In this document: positions 55,555-64,000 of the stretch, piece by piece
Position numbering within the stretch: the stretch's first letter is position 1
How the letters are laid out: the number at the start of each line of letters is the position of its first letter
From: a virus
Direction: 5' to 3' (one strand)
DNA length: 64,000 nucleotides
IMG/VR virus record: IMGVR_UViG_3300034283_001962
Span: 1-64,000 of that record
Notes under the pieces: generated by a model
The model's input: the letters and a program-made list of their open reading frames with translations, nothing else
Told to the model about the DNA's origin: nothing
The model's database searches: none
Translations under genes and position numbers: made by a program

Positions 55555-56547
55555 ATGGTAAATTCAAAAAAAGTAAGAACTAGATCTATAACAAAAACAG
55601 AACAGTTATTTAAAGGTCAAAAAGATATGTTATTAAGACATTTTCAATTATATCCATCAGGTATTCTTGCTGAAGTTATGGATACTTGGAATCTTTGGCA
55701 AGTTCTTACAGAACTTCTTCCTGATCCTGAAATTAAAGCAGCAATTCTAGCTAGAGATGGTAAGTTAGTTATACGTCCTGATTCTGGTGATCCTGTTGAT
55801 ATTATTTGTGGTAAACCTATTCCAGAATTTAATACATTAGAAGAAGCAGAAAAACATTTTTATAAAAATGTTTTTGTAAATGGGAATATTCTTTTCAGGT
55901 TAAATGGAGAATTAAGACAAGTTATTACTCATTCTGGAAATACATTTATGAGTCAACTTCTTAAGCAATTTCCTCAAGATAAAGGTGTTATTGAATTGCT
56001 TTGGGATGTATTTGGTGGTACAGTAAACGAACAAGGTTATAAAGTACTTGATCCACACATAGGAGCTATTTACGGAGATTCAATTACATTAGGTAGAGCT
56101 ACTGAAATCTGTGAACGTTTAAAAGCTAAAGGGTTTGCAAGTACTAATATTGTATTAGGTATAGGTTCATTTACCTACCAGTACAATACTCGTGATACTT
56201 TTGGGTTTGCTGTTAAAGCTACTTATGGTGAAGTACTTCAAGAAACAGGTGTGATATTAACAACATATCCTTCTAAAAAAGAGATGAAACCTGTAGGTCG
56301 TGAAATCTTTAAAAATCCTATTACTGATGATGGTACTAAGAAATCAGCCAAAGGGTTACTTCGTGTAGATCATGTTGTAAAAGTTGATTCTTTAGGTGAT
56401 GTAGTAAGTCATGAGTATAAACTTGTTGACCAAGTATCTAAAGAAGAGGAAAAGCAAGGAGCATTAGAAACAGTATTTCTTAATGGAAAACTTGTTAAAT
56501 TGCAAAGTTTATCAGAAATTCGCAAAAGATTATCTAAAAACTTATAA
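55555..56547 (+). CDS. nadV: NAMPT C-terminal fragment (separate ORF, start MVNSKK)
   Basis: YPSG...V.DTW, VIRPDSGDP, IYGDSIT, GIGSFTYQ..TRDT.GFA.KAT, K.P.TDDG.KKSAKG. Confidence 0.85.
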   Translation: MVNSKKVRTRSITKTEQLFKGQKDMLLRHFQLYPSGILAEVMDTWNLWQVLTELLPDPEIKAAILARDGKLVIRPDSGDPVDIICGKPIPEFNTLEEAEKHFYKNVFVNGNILFRLNGELRQVITHSGNTFMSQLLKQFPQDKGVIELLWDVFGGTVNEQGYKVLDPHIGAIYGDSITLGRATEICERLKAKGFASTNIVLGIGSFTYQYNTRDTFGFAVKATYGEVLQETGVILTTYPSKKEMKPVGREIFKNPITDDGTKKSAKGLLRVDHVVKVDSLGDVVSHEYKLVDQVSKEEEKQGALETVFLNGKLVKLQSLSEIRKRLSKNL

Positions 56548-56549
56548 TT

Positions 56550-57194
56550 ATGGTTCCAGGAACAGTAACAATGTCATTGGCTGATATAGATAAACTTAGA
56601 AATGATGTCAAAGAAGCTCAAAATCAATTAAAAACAGTTGAAAAAGAAAAAGAAGAAATTAAAGCTGAGAAAAGAGTTTTAAAGATAACTATAACTAAGC
56701 ATTATAGTCAAAGTAATAAATATCTTATTGAAGAATTTATTAGATATGCTAGTGCAGAACATAGATTTGATAGTTTACAGTATGTTAAAGATTCTTTTTT
56801 TGCTCGTCACTTTAGATATTATAATAACTTTGGTTATGATTCAGCTAAAAATGCAGAAGATAAAACAGAAGAGTATATCAACTTTGATGATGCAATCTCT
56901 GATCTTCGTAAAGATGTGGAATACAAAGTGTTTACAGAGCTAGAAACTTTAAGAAAAGCTGAACAAACTTATTCACTAAAGTATGAAACATTAAAAGAGC
57001 AGTACAATAGTGATATAGTAGCCTTCATTAAAGAACATAATGATAGGTATTGTAAATTAATGAAGGAATATACTGATCTAAAAGAAGACAAGGATACTCG
57101 TAAAACTGAGGAAATTCTTAAAGAAAAGATCGCTAAACTCGAAAAAGATTTGTCTGAAGAAAAAGCAAAGAAATGGTATCATAAACTATTCTAA
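56550..57194 (+). CDS. Coiled-coil hypothetical protein
   Basis: ORF track. Confidence 0.55.
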   Translation: MVPGTVTMSLADIDKLRNDVKEAQNQLKTVEKEKEEIKAEKRVLKITITKHYSQSNKYLIEEFIRYASAEHRFDSLQYVKDSFFARHFRYYNNFGYDSAKNAEDKTEEYINFDDAISDLRKDVEYKVFTELETLRKAEQTYSLKYETLKEQYNSDIVAFIKEHNDRYCKLMKEYTDLKEDKDTRKTEEILKEKIAKLEKDLSEEKAKKWYHKLF

Positions 57195-57227
57195 AAATCT
57201 TTAAAAATCAAGTAAAAGAAACTAACA

Positions 57228-58916
57228 ATGTTTAAAACTAAGCAAAGTAACTTAATCGAAAAGAAAGAAAGTACTACCATTAAAGGTAAAAAGAATGCAT
57301 TTGTTGCAGCAGCTAATGAAAAAGCTGCAGTTACTATTAGTGGTAATGGTGCAATGAAGTACAGTACTACTGGTAATGATTTTGTTGATCAGTTTGGTAA
57401 ATGCTCTAATTACAAAGCTCCTCGTAGTTACAATGAAGTAAGTAAAGATATGAGTACGTTATGGGCGATTGATCCACAACAAGCATTTGCTTTTGCATTG
57501 TATATTAGAATGATTACCAGAACAGTATCTTTAATCAATGGTGTAAAAACAACCAGTGTACAAAGAGGACAAGGTTTAAAGCACGAAGGAATCATGAGAA
57601 TGATCTGGATTGCTGTAAATTATCCTAATGTATTCTGGAAAAATGCTCACTTGATTGTAGCAGTTGGTTCATGGAAAGATATCATTCAAATGCTCTCTTA
57701 TGATCTTCAGTATAATGGTTGGAAAGACCGTTTAATGAACTGGAATTATTTTGGAGATATGATTTTAGCTGGTCTGGAAAATCCAGCTCAGTCTAATTTA
57801 TTAAAGAAATACCTTCCTCAGATCAAAGCCAATTCTCGTTGTAAGACTATTGAGGCTCAAGCTGATAACCTAATTAGCAAGTGGATATGTTCACTACTTT
57901 TTGGTAGCAAAGAGAGTACATATAACTATAAGAAATACCGTCAATTAAAAACTAGCGGTACTGCACATGAATGGCAGAAGTTAATTTCAACAAAGAACTT
58001 AGTAAATATTAACTTTAGCACTATTCATGGTCGTGCATTAGCTATGATGGTATCTTCTAAGTTCTTGAAAAACAATGGTTTAGAAGCACGTTATGATCAA
58101 TGGCTGACTACACAACCTCTGGTGAAATATACAGGATTTGTGTATGAATTATGTGCAAAGATCAGTGCTATCAAAAAACCATATGAAGAACAAACAATCA
58201 ATAAGCAGTTCATGTCTTTGGTTGAAACAGCTAAAAAAGGAGCTAAGAAAGAAACTTCATTGATTGTAGTACGTGATACAAGTGGCTCTATGAGTTCAAA
58301 TGCAACAGGTACAAAAATATCATGTGGAGATGTAGCTAAATCTTTAGCTCTGTTCTTTAGTTACATGTTACCAGAAGGAGCATTTAACGATTCTTGGATC
58401 GAATTCCATAGCACAGCTCAAATGCGTACTTGGAAAGGTAAAACTCCAGTTGAACGTTGGAAGAATGATCATTCTTCGTATGTAGGAGATACAAATTTTG
58501 AAGGAGTAATTGACCTAATTTGTAATATTAAAAGAAAAGGAATTAGTGAAGAAGAGTTTCCAACAGGAATTCTTTGTGTATCCGATGGTGAATTTAATCC
58601 TGCTCAATTAGGTAAAACTAACGTTGAATCAGCTCGTATAAAGCTTAAAAAAGCTGGTTTCTCTGCTGAATATGTAAAGAATTTCCAGATAATTCTATGG
58701 AATTTAGGTAATTCTTACTACGGTAGAGGTAACTCTGGTAATAAGTTTGAAACTCATGGAGAAACTGAGAACGTGTTTTATTTCTCAGGTCTTGATGGAT
58801 CAGTTATAGCATTTCTTACAGGTTTAGAAGGTCAGAAAGCTGGTGTTCCTAAAACTGATGTAGAATTAATGCAAGCTGCATTAAATCAAGAGATCTTTGG
58901 AATGATCCAGATCTAA
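57228..58916 (+). CDS. DUF2828-like TROVE/Ro60-related helical plus vWA protein
   Basis: T.SGNGA, RGQG, GSWKD, K.LP; vWA MIDAS DTSGSM, TNF, SDGEF, WNL. Confidence 0.75.
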   Translation: MFKTKQSNLIEKKESTTIKGKKNAFVAAANEKAAVTISGNGAMKYSTTGNDFVDQFGKCSNYKAPRSYNEVSKDMSTLWAIDPQQAFAFALYIRMITRTVSLINGVKTTSVQRGQGLKHEGIMRMIWIAVNYPNVFWKNAHLIVAVGSWKDIIQMLSYDLQYNGWKDRLMNWNYFGDMILAGLENPAQSNLLKKYLPQIKANSRCKTIEAQADNLISKWICSLLFGSKESTYNYKKYRQLKTSGTAHEWQKLISTKNLVNINFSTIHGRALAMMVSSKFLKNNGLEARYDQWLTTQPLVKYTGFVYELCAKISAIKKPYEEQTINKQFMSLVETAKKGAKKETSLIVVRDTSGSMSSNATGTKISCGDVAKSLALFFSYMLPEGAFNDSWIEFHSTAQMRTWKGKTPVERWKNDHSSYVGDTNFEGVIDLICNIKRKGISEEEFPTGILCVSDGEFNPAQLGKTNVESARIKLKKAGFSAEYVKNFQIILWNLGNSYYGRGNSGNKFETHGETENVFYFSGLDGSVIAFLTGLEGQKAGVPKTDVELMQAALNQEIFGMIQI

Positions 58917-58933
58917 AAATATACAAAGGTAAA

Positions 58934-58965
58934 TTTGGATATTTCGATATCCTTATTTACCTTTG
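58934..58965 (+). promoter_or_regulatory. Promoter for the ncRNA array, embedded in an inverted repeat
   Basis: TTTG-N20-TACCTTTG inside ACAAAGGTAAAT...ATTTACCTTTGT. Confidence 0.7.
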
Positions 58966-58971
58966 TTTTAC

Positions 58972-59398
58972 AAGACTACAAACAGCAACACAAAAACAAA
59001 AATTCAAACTTGAAACTTGAACAAGGAAGTTCGAATCTTCCACCGTTATACCGAGGTAGTTGGTCTGGAAAATCGGTAGTAGTCTGAACAAAGTCGCTTA
59101 CAGCAACTAAAGCAATCCCTTTGTAATGGAAAAAAGCAAAAAGCGACTTGAAATAAGAACTCTAACAGCAATATATAATGATTGAGGATCAACTGGTCAG
59201 TGGTTCGAGTCCACTCATTAGAGAAATCTAATGTAGCTCAGCTGGTAGAGCAGTTTAAAAATGAGTTCTGAAAAGGTTATCAACCGCAAACCATAATAAT
59301 TTTCACTTTTACTGAAAAAAACAAATGGTAACCTGTATAAGAATAGCAACAGCAACTAATAAAATTTCAATTGGTGAAAAAAAACAAATGCTATTCTG
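58972..59398 (+). ncRNA. Array of five Y-RNA-like units (58972-59086, 59091-59150, 59155-59270, 59273-59335, 59339-59398)
   Basis: Each unit has an AAG-started 7-9 bp terminal stem, an AC(A/C)GCAA motif and an A-rich linker; unit 3 has a circularly permuted tRNA domain as in YrlA. Confidence 0.75.
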
Positions 59399-59777
59399 AT
59401 TTTTTTAAATGGGGCAGACCGGATTTGACAGCGAAGGATCGGTAATTACACATGTAGGCAAAGCAAGAACGCCTTAAAACACTTGCAAAACAACAAACGA
59501 CACTTCTAAAGAAGCACGTATTGCAGAAGGTGGAGCGGTTATCCGTTCAATCTTCAACAAGGTAGCAGTAGCTGCCTAAGCAATTGGGGGAGTTATCCCT
59601 TATTACCCAAAATAGCAATTGTTTTCTTTGTTTTCTCAAAACAAAGTGGTGGTAGCTCTAACCTTGGTTAGTTCCCTTTACGGTGCAGAAAGTAATTGAA
59701 TGGGTAAACCAGATAATGAAATTAGTACTAAACATGTGAAACGTTGTAATTATTGAAATTTTGTTTGGACGTGGGTT

Positions 59778-60441
59778 TAAAGTCGGACCCGCTATATAGG
59801 AATATATAGGCAATAATTGGGAGAATTGCTGGAACGCTAAGGATTTATATCTATGCTAATCAGCAGCCGAGCTTCAAGGAAGTTTGAAGAAGGTTCAGAG
59901 ACTAGGGATACTACGGTAAGCCCATAGCACCCAACATCCAGAACGGATGATGATATAGTCCAACATCTATTGAAAAATAGAGAGTTAAAAGTTTGGAGAT
60001 GTAGTATATTTACCCTATCTTCGTATTAAATAATACGTATGAACTGGGATTATATTACAGGTTTTTTTGATGCAGATGGTTCTATTAGTTTAGTTCGACA
60101 GAACAAAAATAGAGAACGTGCACCTCAAATTTCATTTCATAATAATGAACTGAATATTCTAGAAAATATTCAAAGTTTTATTAAAAAAGAATTGAATATT
60201 ATAGGTCATATTTCTAAGAAAAAGAAAGCTAAAGAACATCATGGTCAACAATATGATTTAAAGTATCACGGTTTTCCAAAATGTATTGTAATTGGAAGTA
60301 AATTAAGAAGTATTCATCAAAAGAAAATTAAAAGAATACTTTTAAGTGAACTTATTCATAAGATAACTCCTAGAAACGGTAAATATAGTGAACAAACACT
60401 TAAAACCAGATCAGAGTTAGAACTCAAATTTTTAAATTAAG
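59778..60441 (+). mobile_element. Group I intron in the tmRNA T-loop
   Basis: P1 GTGGGTT/GACCCGC; GAATTGCTGGAA, AATCAGCAGCC, GTTCAGAGACTA, ATGATATAGTCC; omega-G 60441. Confidence 0.9.
60039..60440 (+). CDS. LAGLIDADG homing endonuclease (single motif)
   Basis: YITGFFDADGSI; promoter TTTG-N20-TATCTTCG at 59992-60023. Confidence 0.88.
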   Translation: MNWDYITGFFDADGSISLVRQNKNRERAPQISFHNNELNILENIQSFIKKELNIIGHISKKKKAKEHHGQQYDLKYHGFPKCIVIGSKLRSIHQKKIKRILLSELIHKITPRNGKYSEQTLKTRSELELKFLN

Positions 60442-60483
60442 CGACTCCCACCTGCTCCACTTTTTTTAATGCGTAAAAAAGTC

Positions 60484-60513
60484 GCCCGGTATTTTCTAAT
60501 ACTGGGCTTTTTT
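60484..60513 (+). terminator. Terminator after tmRNA
   Basis: GCCCGGTATT-TTCT-AATACTGGGC-TTTTT. Confidence 0.8.
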
Positions 60514-60529
60514 ATTTAAATTTGTTCCT

Positions 60530-62560
60530 ATGTATAATGTTAGAATATATGACATTGAGACTCTGAAAGAGTATTTTCTGGTGTGTGTTTATGACCCTAA
60601 TACAAATGAATGGATAGATTTTTCTATTAACAAAAATGTTGATGAGGGGTATAAAATGATTAATTACTTTGAATCACTTAAATGTGATTTTGTAGTTGGT
60701 TATAACAATGTAAACTTTGATGGTCAGATTATAGAATATGTCATCAGAAATTACCACAAATGGACAGATTTAAATAGGCTTGAAATATGTTACAAAATAT
60801 GGCAATATGCTCAAGATGTAATTGATGATATTAATAATGGTTTATTTGCTCCATTCAGAGAAGAACACTTAACAAACCGACAATTAGATCTTTTAAGAGT
60901 TCATCACTTTGACAATGAAGCTAAGAGAACAAGTCTTAAGTGGCTTGAGTTCATGATGGATCTGGAAAATATTCAAGATATGCCAATAGCTCATGATGCA
61001 ACTAATCTTACAGATAAAGATTTAGAAGAGGTTATTATTTATTGTAGAAATGACGTATTAGCTACACATAAGTTTTATAAATATACTATTGGTAATGTTG
61101 AAGATGATTGGGTATTTGCTAATTTATATCAAGGAAAGAATAAAATTCAAGATAGATTAGACTTAATTGAAGAATTTACATTTCCTGCAATAGCTATTAA
61201 CTGGTCAGATGTACGAATAGGTGATGAGATTAATTTAAAAGGGTACTCCTTACGTACAGGTAGAGATAGAAGTGAAGTATATAAGCTCAAGAAACAGCGC
61301 AAACCTACCCGTAAAATCACATTTGGAGAATGTATTCCTGATTACGTACAGTTTGAAACTCCTGAGTTTAAAGCATTTTATAATAGTATTAAGAATGTCA
61401 GGCTTACCTACATGGATAAACAAGAGTTTTTGTTTACTTATAATGGAACAAGATATAATATTGCTAAGGGAGGAATACACTCAACTGAAAAGAAAAGAGC
61501 AATTACTGTTACAGAAAATGAGATACTTAGAGATGCAGATGTAGGTTCACAATACCCTAATGCCATCAAAAAGCGTAAACTGTTTCCTTCTCACTTAGGA
61601 AAAGAATGGTTAGTTAACTACGAAAATACCATTACAAAAAGGATTGAATATAAACATATTGGTACAGCTAAATATAAAGGTTTATCTGATATGCTTAAGC
61701 TTGCTCTAAATGGTGGTGGTTTTGGTAAAACTAATGAAAATACATCTTGGCAATATGATCCTGTAGTTACATTTTATTGTACTATTGGTAATCAGTTTGA
61801 GATTTTAATGCTTATTGAAAGGCTTGAAATGGTTGGAATACATTGTGTATCTGCTAATACAGACGGTATTGTATGTAAATTTCATAAAGAACAGGAAGAA
61901 AAATACAATGAAGTATGTAAATGGTGGGAAGAAACAGTAGGTAATTCTGATCAAGGTAAGCTTGAATATGCTGATTTTAAAGCAATTTATCAAACATCTG
62001 TTAATCATTATATTGCTATTAAAGCTGATGGTTCAACTAAAAAGAAAGGTCAATTTGCTACTGATTTTGAATTTAACAAGAATAAATCAGGAAGAGTTAT
62101 ACCTTTAGCACTTGAAACATATTATAAAGATGGAACAGATCCTATAGAATATTTAAAGAATCATACTAATATTTTTGATTTCTGTATTGGTGTAAAAGGT
62201 AACAAAAAGTATTATTATCGTACTCAAAATTCTGATAATCATCAAACTCTAGATTACTTTGATAAAGTACTTAGATATATTATTACTACAAAAGGTGAAA
62301 TATTATTTAAAGTAAAGAAAAAAGTATATGAATGGGATGGAGGTAATGATATTATGCATTGTGAAGCTCCAGATTCATTTACTGGTAAACAACCTTTAGT
62401 AACAATCTGTAATACAATTGATAAATCTAAAAGTATTAATGAATATAACATTGATTATGATTATTATTTAAAAGAAATAAATACTTTAATCGAACAGATT
62501 AATCGTCAAGGATCTAAGAAAAAAGGTTATAATAATCCTAATCAAATAACTTTATTTTAA
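60530..62560 (+). CDS. polB: DNA polymerase family B
   Basis: ExoI YDIET, ExoII GYN..FD, ExoIII YC.NDV, DV.SQYP, K..LN...G, NTDG. Confidence 0.9.
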   Translation: MYNVRIYDIETLKEYFLVCVYDPNTNEWIDFSINKNVDEGYKMINYFESLKCDFVVGYNNVNFDGQIIEYVIRNYHKWTDLNRLEICYKIWQYAQDVIDDINNGLFAPFREEHLTNRQLDLLRVHHFDNEAKRTSLKWLEFMMDLENIQDMPIAHDATNLTDKDLEEVIIYCRNDVLATHKFYKYTIGNVEDDWVFANLYQGKNKIQDRLDLIEEFTFPAIAINWSDVRIGDEINLKGYSLRTGRDRSEVYKLKKQRKPTRKITFGECIPDYVQFETPEFKAFYNSIKNVRLTYMDKQEFLFTYNGTRYNIAKGGIHSTEKKRAITVTENEILRDADVGSQYPNAIKKRKLFPSHLGKEWLVNYENTITKRIEYKHIGTAKYKGLSDMLKLALNGGGFGKTNENTSWQYDPVVTFYCTIGNQFEILMLIERLEMVGIHCVSANTDGIVCKFHKEQEEKYNEVCKWWEETVGNSDQGKLEYADFKAIYQTSVNHYIAIKADGSTKKKGQFATDFEFNKNKSGRVIPLALETYYKDGTDPIEYLKNHTNIFDFCIGVKGNKKYYYRTQNSDNHQTLDYFDKVLRYIITTKGEILFKVKKKVYEWDGGNDIMHCEAPDSFTGKQPLVTICNTIDKSKSINEYNIDYDYYLKEINTLIEQINRQGSKKKGYNNPNQITLF

Positions 62561-62573
62561 AAATTAAGGAAAT

Positions 62574-62822
62574 ATGAAAACAGCAATGCAGGAACTGATA
62601 GAATTATTGGAAGACTTTAAAGGTGAACTAAAAGATACGTACGATGGTAACCCTTGGATAACCCGTGGAGTACTTATCTCTATTGCCGAGGCTAAGAAAC
62701 TATTGCGTAAAGAACGCGAACAGATCGAGAAGGCGTTTTTTGATGGGGACGAAGACGGAAGATCGGAATATTATAAAAAATTTGTAGGCTCACAAGATTA
62801 CTACAATAAAACATACAGCTAA
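62574..62822 (+). CDS. Hypothetical protein (KTAM...EREQI..A...YY..TY type)
   Basis: ORF track. Confidence 0.6.
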   Translation: MKTAMQELIELLEDFKGELKDTYDGNPWITRGVLISIAEAKKLLRKEREQIEKAFFDGDEDGRSEYYKKFVGSQDYYNKTYS

Positions 62823-63280
62823 TGAACAACTTACAAACCAAACTCAAAGAATTAGAAGCCTGTGATGGCCCTGATGGTGCTATTGAATGGGCCAAAGACT
62901 ACGACACCCTTCAAGATGCTTGGGATAATTGCCAAAGAGGGGATTGGATGATTTGGCTCATTGATAAGATGGGCTGGAGCAATGATAAGGATCTAAGACT
63001 GATGTCTGTTGCGTTTGCAAGGCAAGTGCAGCATCTCATGAAAGATCAGAGGTCAATCAATGCCCTTGATGTTGCGGAAAGATACGCAAATGGGGAGGCT
63101 ACTGTTGACGAATTACGGGAGGCAAGGGCGGCAGCAAGGGCGGCAGATACGGCATGGGCGGCAGCATGGGCGGCAGATGCGGCAGATGCGGCAGAGGCGG
63201 CAGCAGATGCGGCAGGGGGGGCAGTAAGGGCTGATCAGGCTAATATAATTAGACAGTATTTGCCAACGGTAACATTCTAA
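62822..63280 (+). CDS. Hypothetical protein with Ala-rich AAWAA/AADAA repeats
   Basis: AC....EW, W..C.RGDWM.WL, D.RS..A..VAE..A.G. Confidence 0.65.
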   Translation: MNNLQTKLKELEACDGPDGAIEWAKDYDTLQDAWDNCQRGDWMIWLIDKMGWSNDKDLRLMSVAFARQVQHLMKDQRSINALDVAERYANGEATVDELREARAAARAADTAWAAAWAADAADAAEAAADAAGGAVRADQANIIRQYLPTVTF

Positions 63281-63292
63281 AACATACAGCCA

Positions 63293-63832
63293 ATGAACAC
63301 TGAAAAAATAAAAGCAGCACGATCTGCCTATACCGCAGGAATTAATTACGCAGCTGCCAATTTACTAAAATTTGATAAATACGGGTGGGAGTGGGGAGGT
63401 CGGTGGACCAACTTCAAGGATATGCCACACTTCCAGAAAACATTCGGCAAGACAACAAAAACAGCAAAGATGAAACTAAAACAAATCGACTTTAACGCGG
63501 AACTAATCGGCAAGGATGGCATCGTAGTGAAAACAATGGATGGCATAGAAGTCAAGCAGCTTACTTTTTTTAAGTGCGATGTTTCCTACAAAGTTGTAGG
63601 AACTATGGATGGAGTGCTACAAACTTGGAATAGTATTGGAAATTATATTTTTTCAATTACTTCGGATGGTAATTGTGTAATTGCCAGACACTCCACATTA
63701 AACCTAATAATGTACAAAGAAGTCAAGGTTATGACGGTGGACGAGTTTTATCAACGTTATTATAGTACAATAGGTGCTTACGACTTCGCCCACAAACTTG
63801 CCGCTGCTGTAAAGGCTGGGGAGGTGGAGTAA
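63293..63832 (+). CDS. Chimeric ORF containing an M15 peptidase C-terminal fragment
   Basis: F.KYGWEWGG.W..FKD.PHFQ then an unrelated MKLKQIDF... domain. Confidence 0.5.
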   Translation: MNTEKIKAARSAYTAGINYAAANLLKFDKYGWEWGGRWTNFKDMPHFQKTFGKTTKTAKMKLKQIDFNAELIGKDGIVVKTMDGIEVKQLTFFKCDVSYKVVGTMDGVLQTWNSIGNYIFSITSDGNCVIARHSTLNLIMYKEVKVMTVDEFYQRYYSTIGAYDFAHKLAAAVKAGEVE

Positions 63833-63877
63833 GATCATAATATGAAACATTAAGGCGGGAAAATATCTTTGAAATAG

Positions 63878-63908
63878 TTTGCATAATCAAAATAAGGTTG
63901 TATATTTG
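63878..63908 (+). promoter_or_regulatory. Promoter ahead of an ORF starting at 63928 (runs off window)
   Basis: TTTG-N19-TATATTTG. Confidence 0.65.
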
Positions 63909-64000
63909 TAAGACAAAAGCAAACAAAATGACACTAACCGAAAAAATCAACAGCAATCCTTACTTAAAAGTAAGCAACTGCACAGACATTGCAGACCTTG

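Larger units (their letters stand above)
59411..60459 (+). ncRNA. ssrA: tmRNA, intron-interrupted (exons 59411-59777 and 60442-60459)
   Basis: GGGGCAG/CTGCTCC acceptor with G3:U70, GGATTTGAC, tag ORF ending VAVAA*, spliced T-arm GTGGG-TTCGACT-CCCAC. Confidence 0.9.

Noticed and set aside
54808-55560. Split intein joining the NAMPT halves (CMSS... and ...CTHN)
   Set aside because: CM belongs to the native NAMPT motif. THN is followed by Tyr, not Cys/Ser/Thr, lies upstream of the likely start (55555) and overlaps the HNH promoter. The added segments are far too short for a Hint fold.
59191-59256. Ordinary tRNA gene
   Set aside because: The T-arm precedes the D-arm and the acceptor stem is closed by a GAAA loop, so it cannot be aminoacylated as encoded; treated as YrlA-like.
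58972-59398. CRISPR array
   Set aside because: There are no identical repeats; only a 7-nt motif and covarying stems are shared, unit lengths vary from 60 to 115 nt, and no cas genes are present.
63120-63230. GCGGCA tandem repeat as a DNA-level element
   Set aside because: It is explained by the Ala-rich AAWAA/AADAA protein repeat common in this phage protein family.
1-64000. Stop-codon reassignment as in some crAss-like phages
   Set aside because: Long genes are intact under the standard code, and no CTA/TCA suppressor tRNA was found among the 25 tRNAs.

Overview
This is a 64-kb piece of a large, AT-rich lytic phage genome with crAss-like (Crassvirales-type) architecture. The host is very likely Bacteroidota, because TTTG-N19-21-TAnnTTTG promoters recur throughout. 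Bases 1-37 kb (minus strand) are the virion module: a giant cargo/vRNAP-type ORF running off the window, cargo proteins, tail genes, an M15 endolysin, major capsid protein, portal and terminase. Bases 37-41.3 kb hold 25 tRNA genes covering all 20 amino acids. Bases 43.8-64 kb (plus strand) hold early/accessory and metabolic genes: a PRS-macrodomain-NAMPT NAD module, a Ro60/TROVE-like vWA protein followed by an array of Y-RNA-like units, an intron-containing tmRNA and a family B DNA polymerase. Main finding: the tRNAs fall into three cassettes, each preceded by a short leader ORF, an antiterminator strand and an intrinsic terminator. Each leader contains a run of 11-12 codons drawn only from the amino acids of the tRNAs it precedes. 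This looks like a ribosome-stalling attenuator that senses tRNA depletion and switches on matching phage tRNAs. Other highlights are Y-RNA-like units carrying anticodon-loop mimics, a NAMPT gene broken by both a group I intron and an inverted HNH gene, and HNH remnants with broken tRNA fragments. All calls are by eye; no searches or folding were run.
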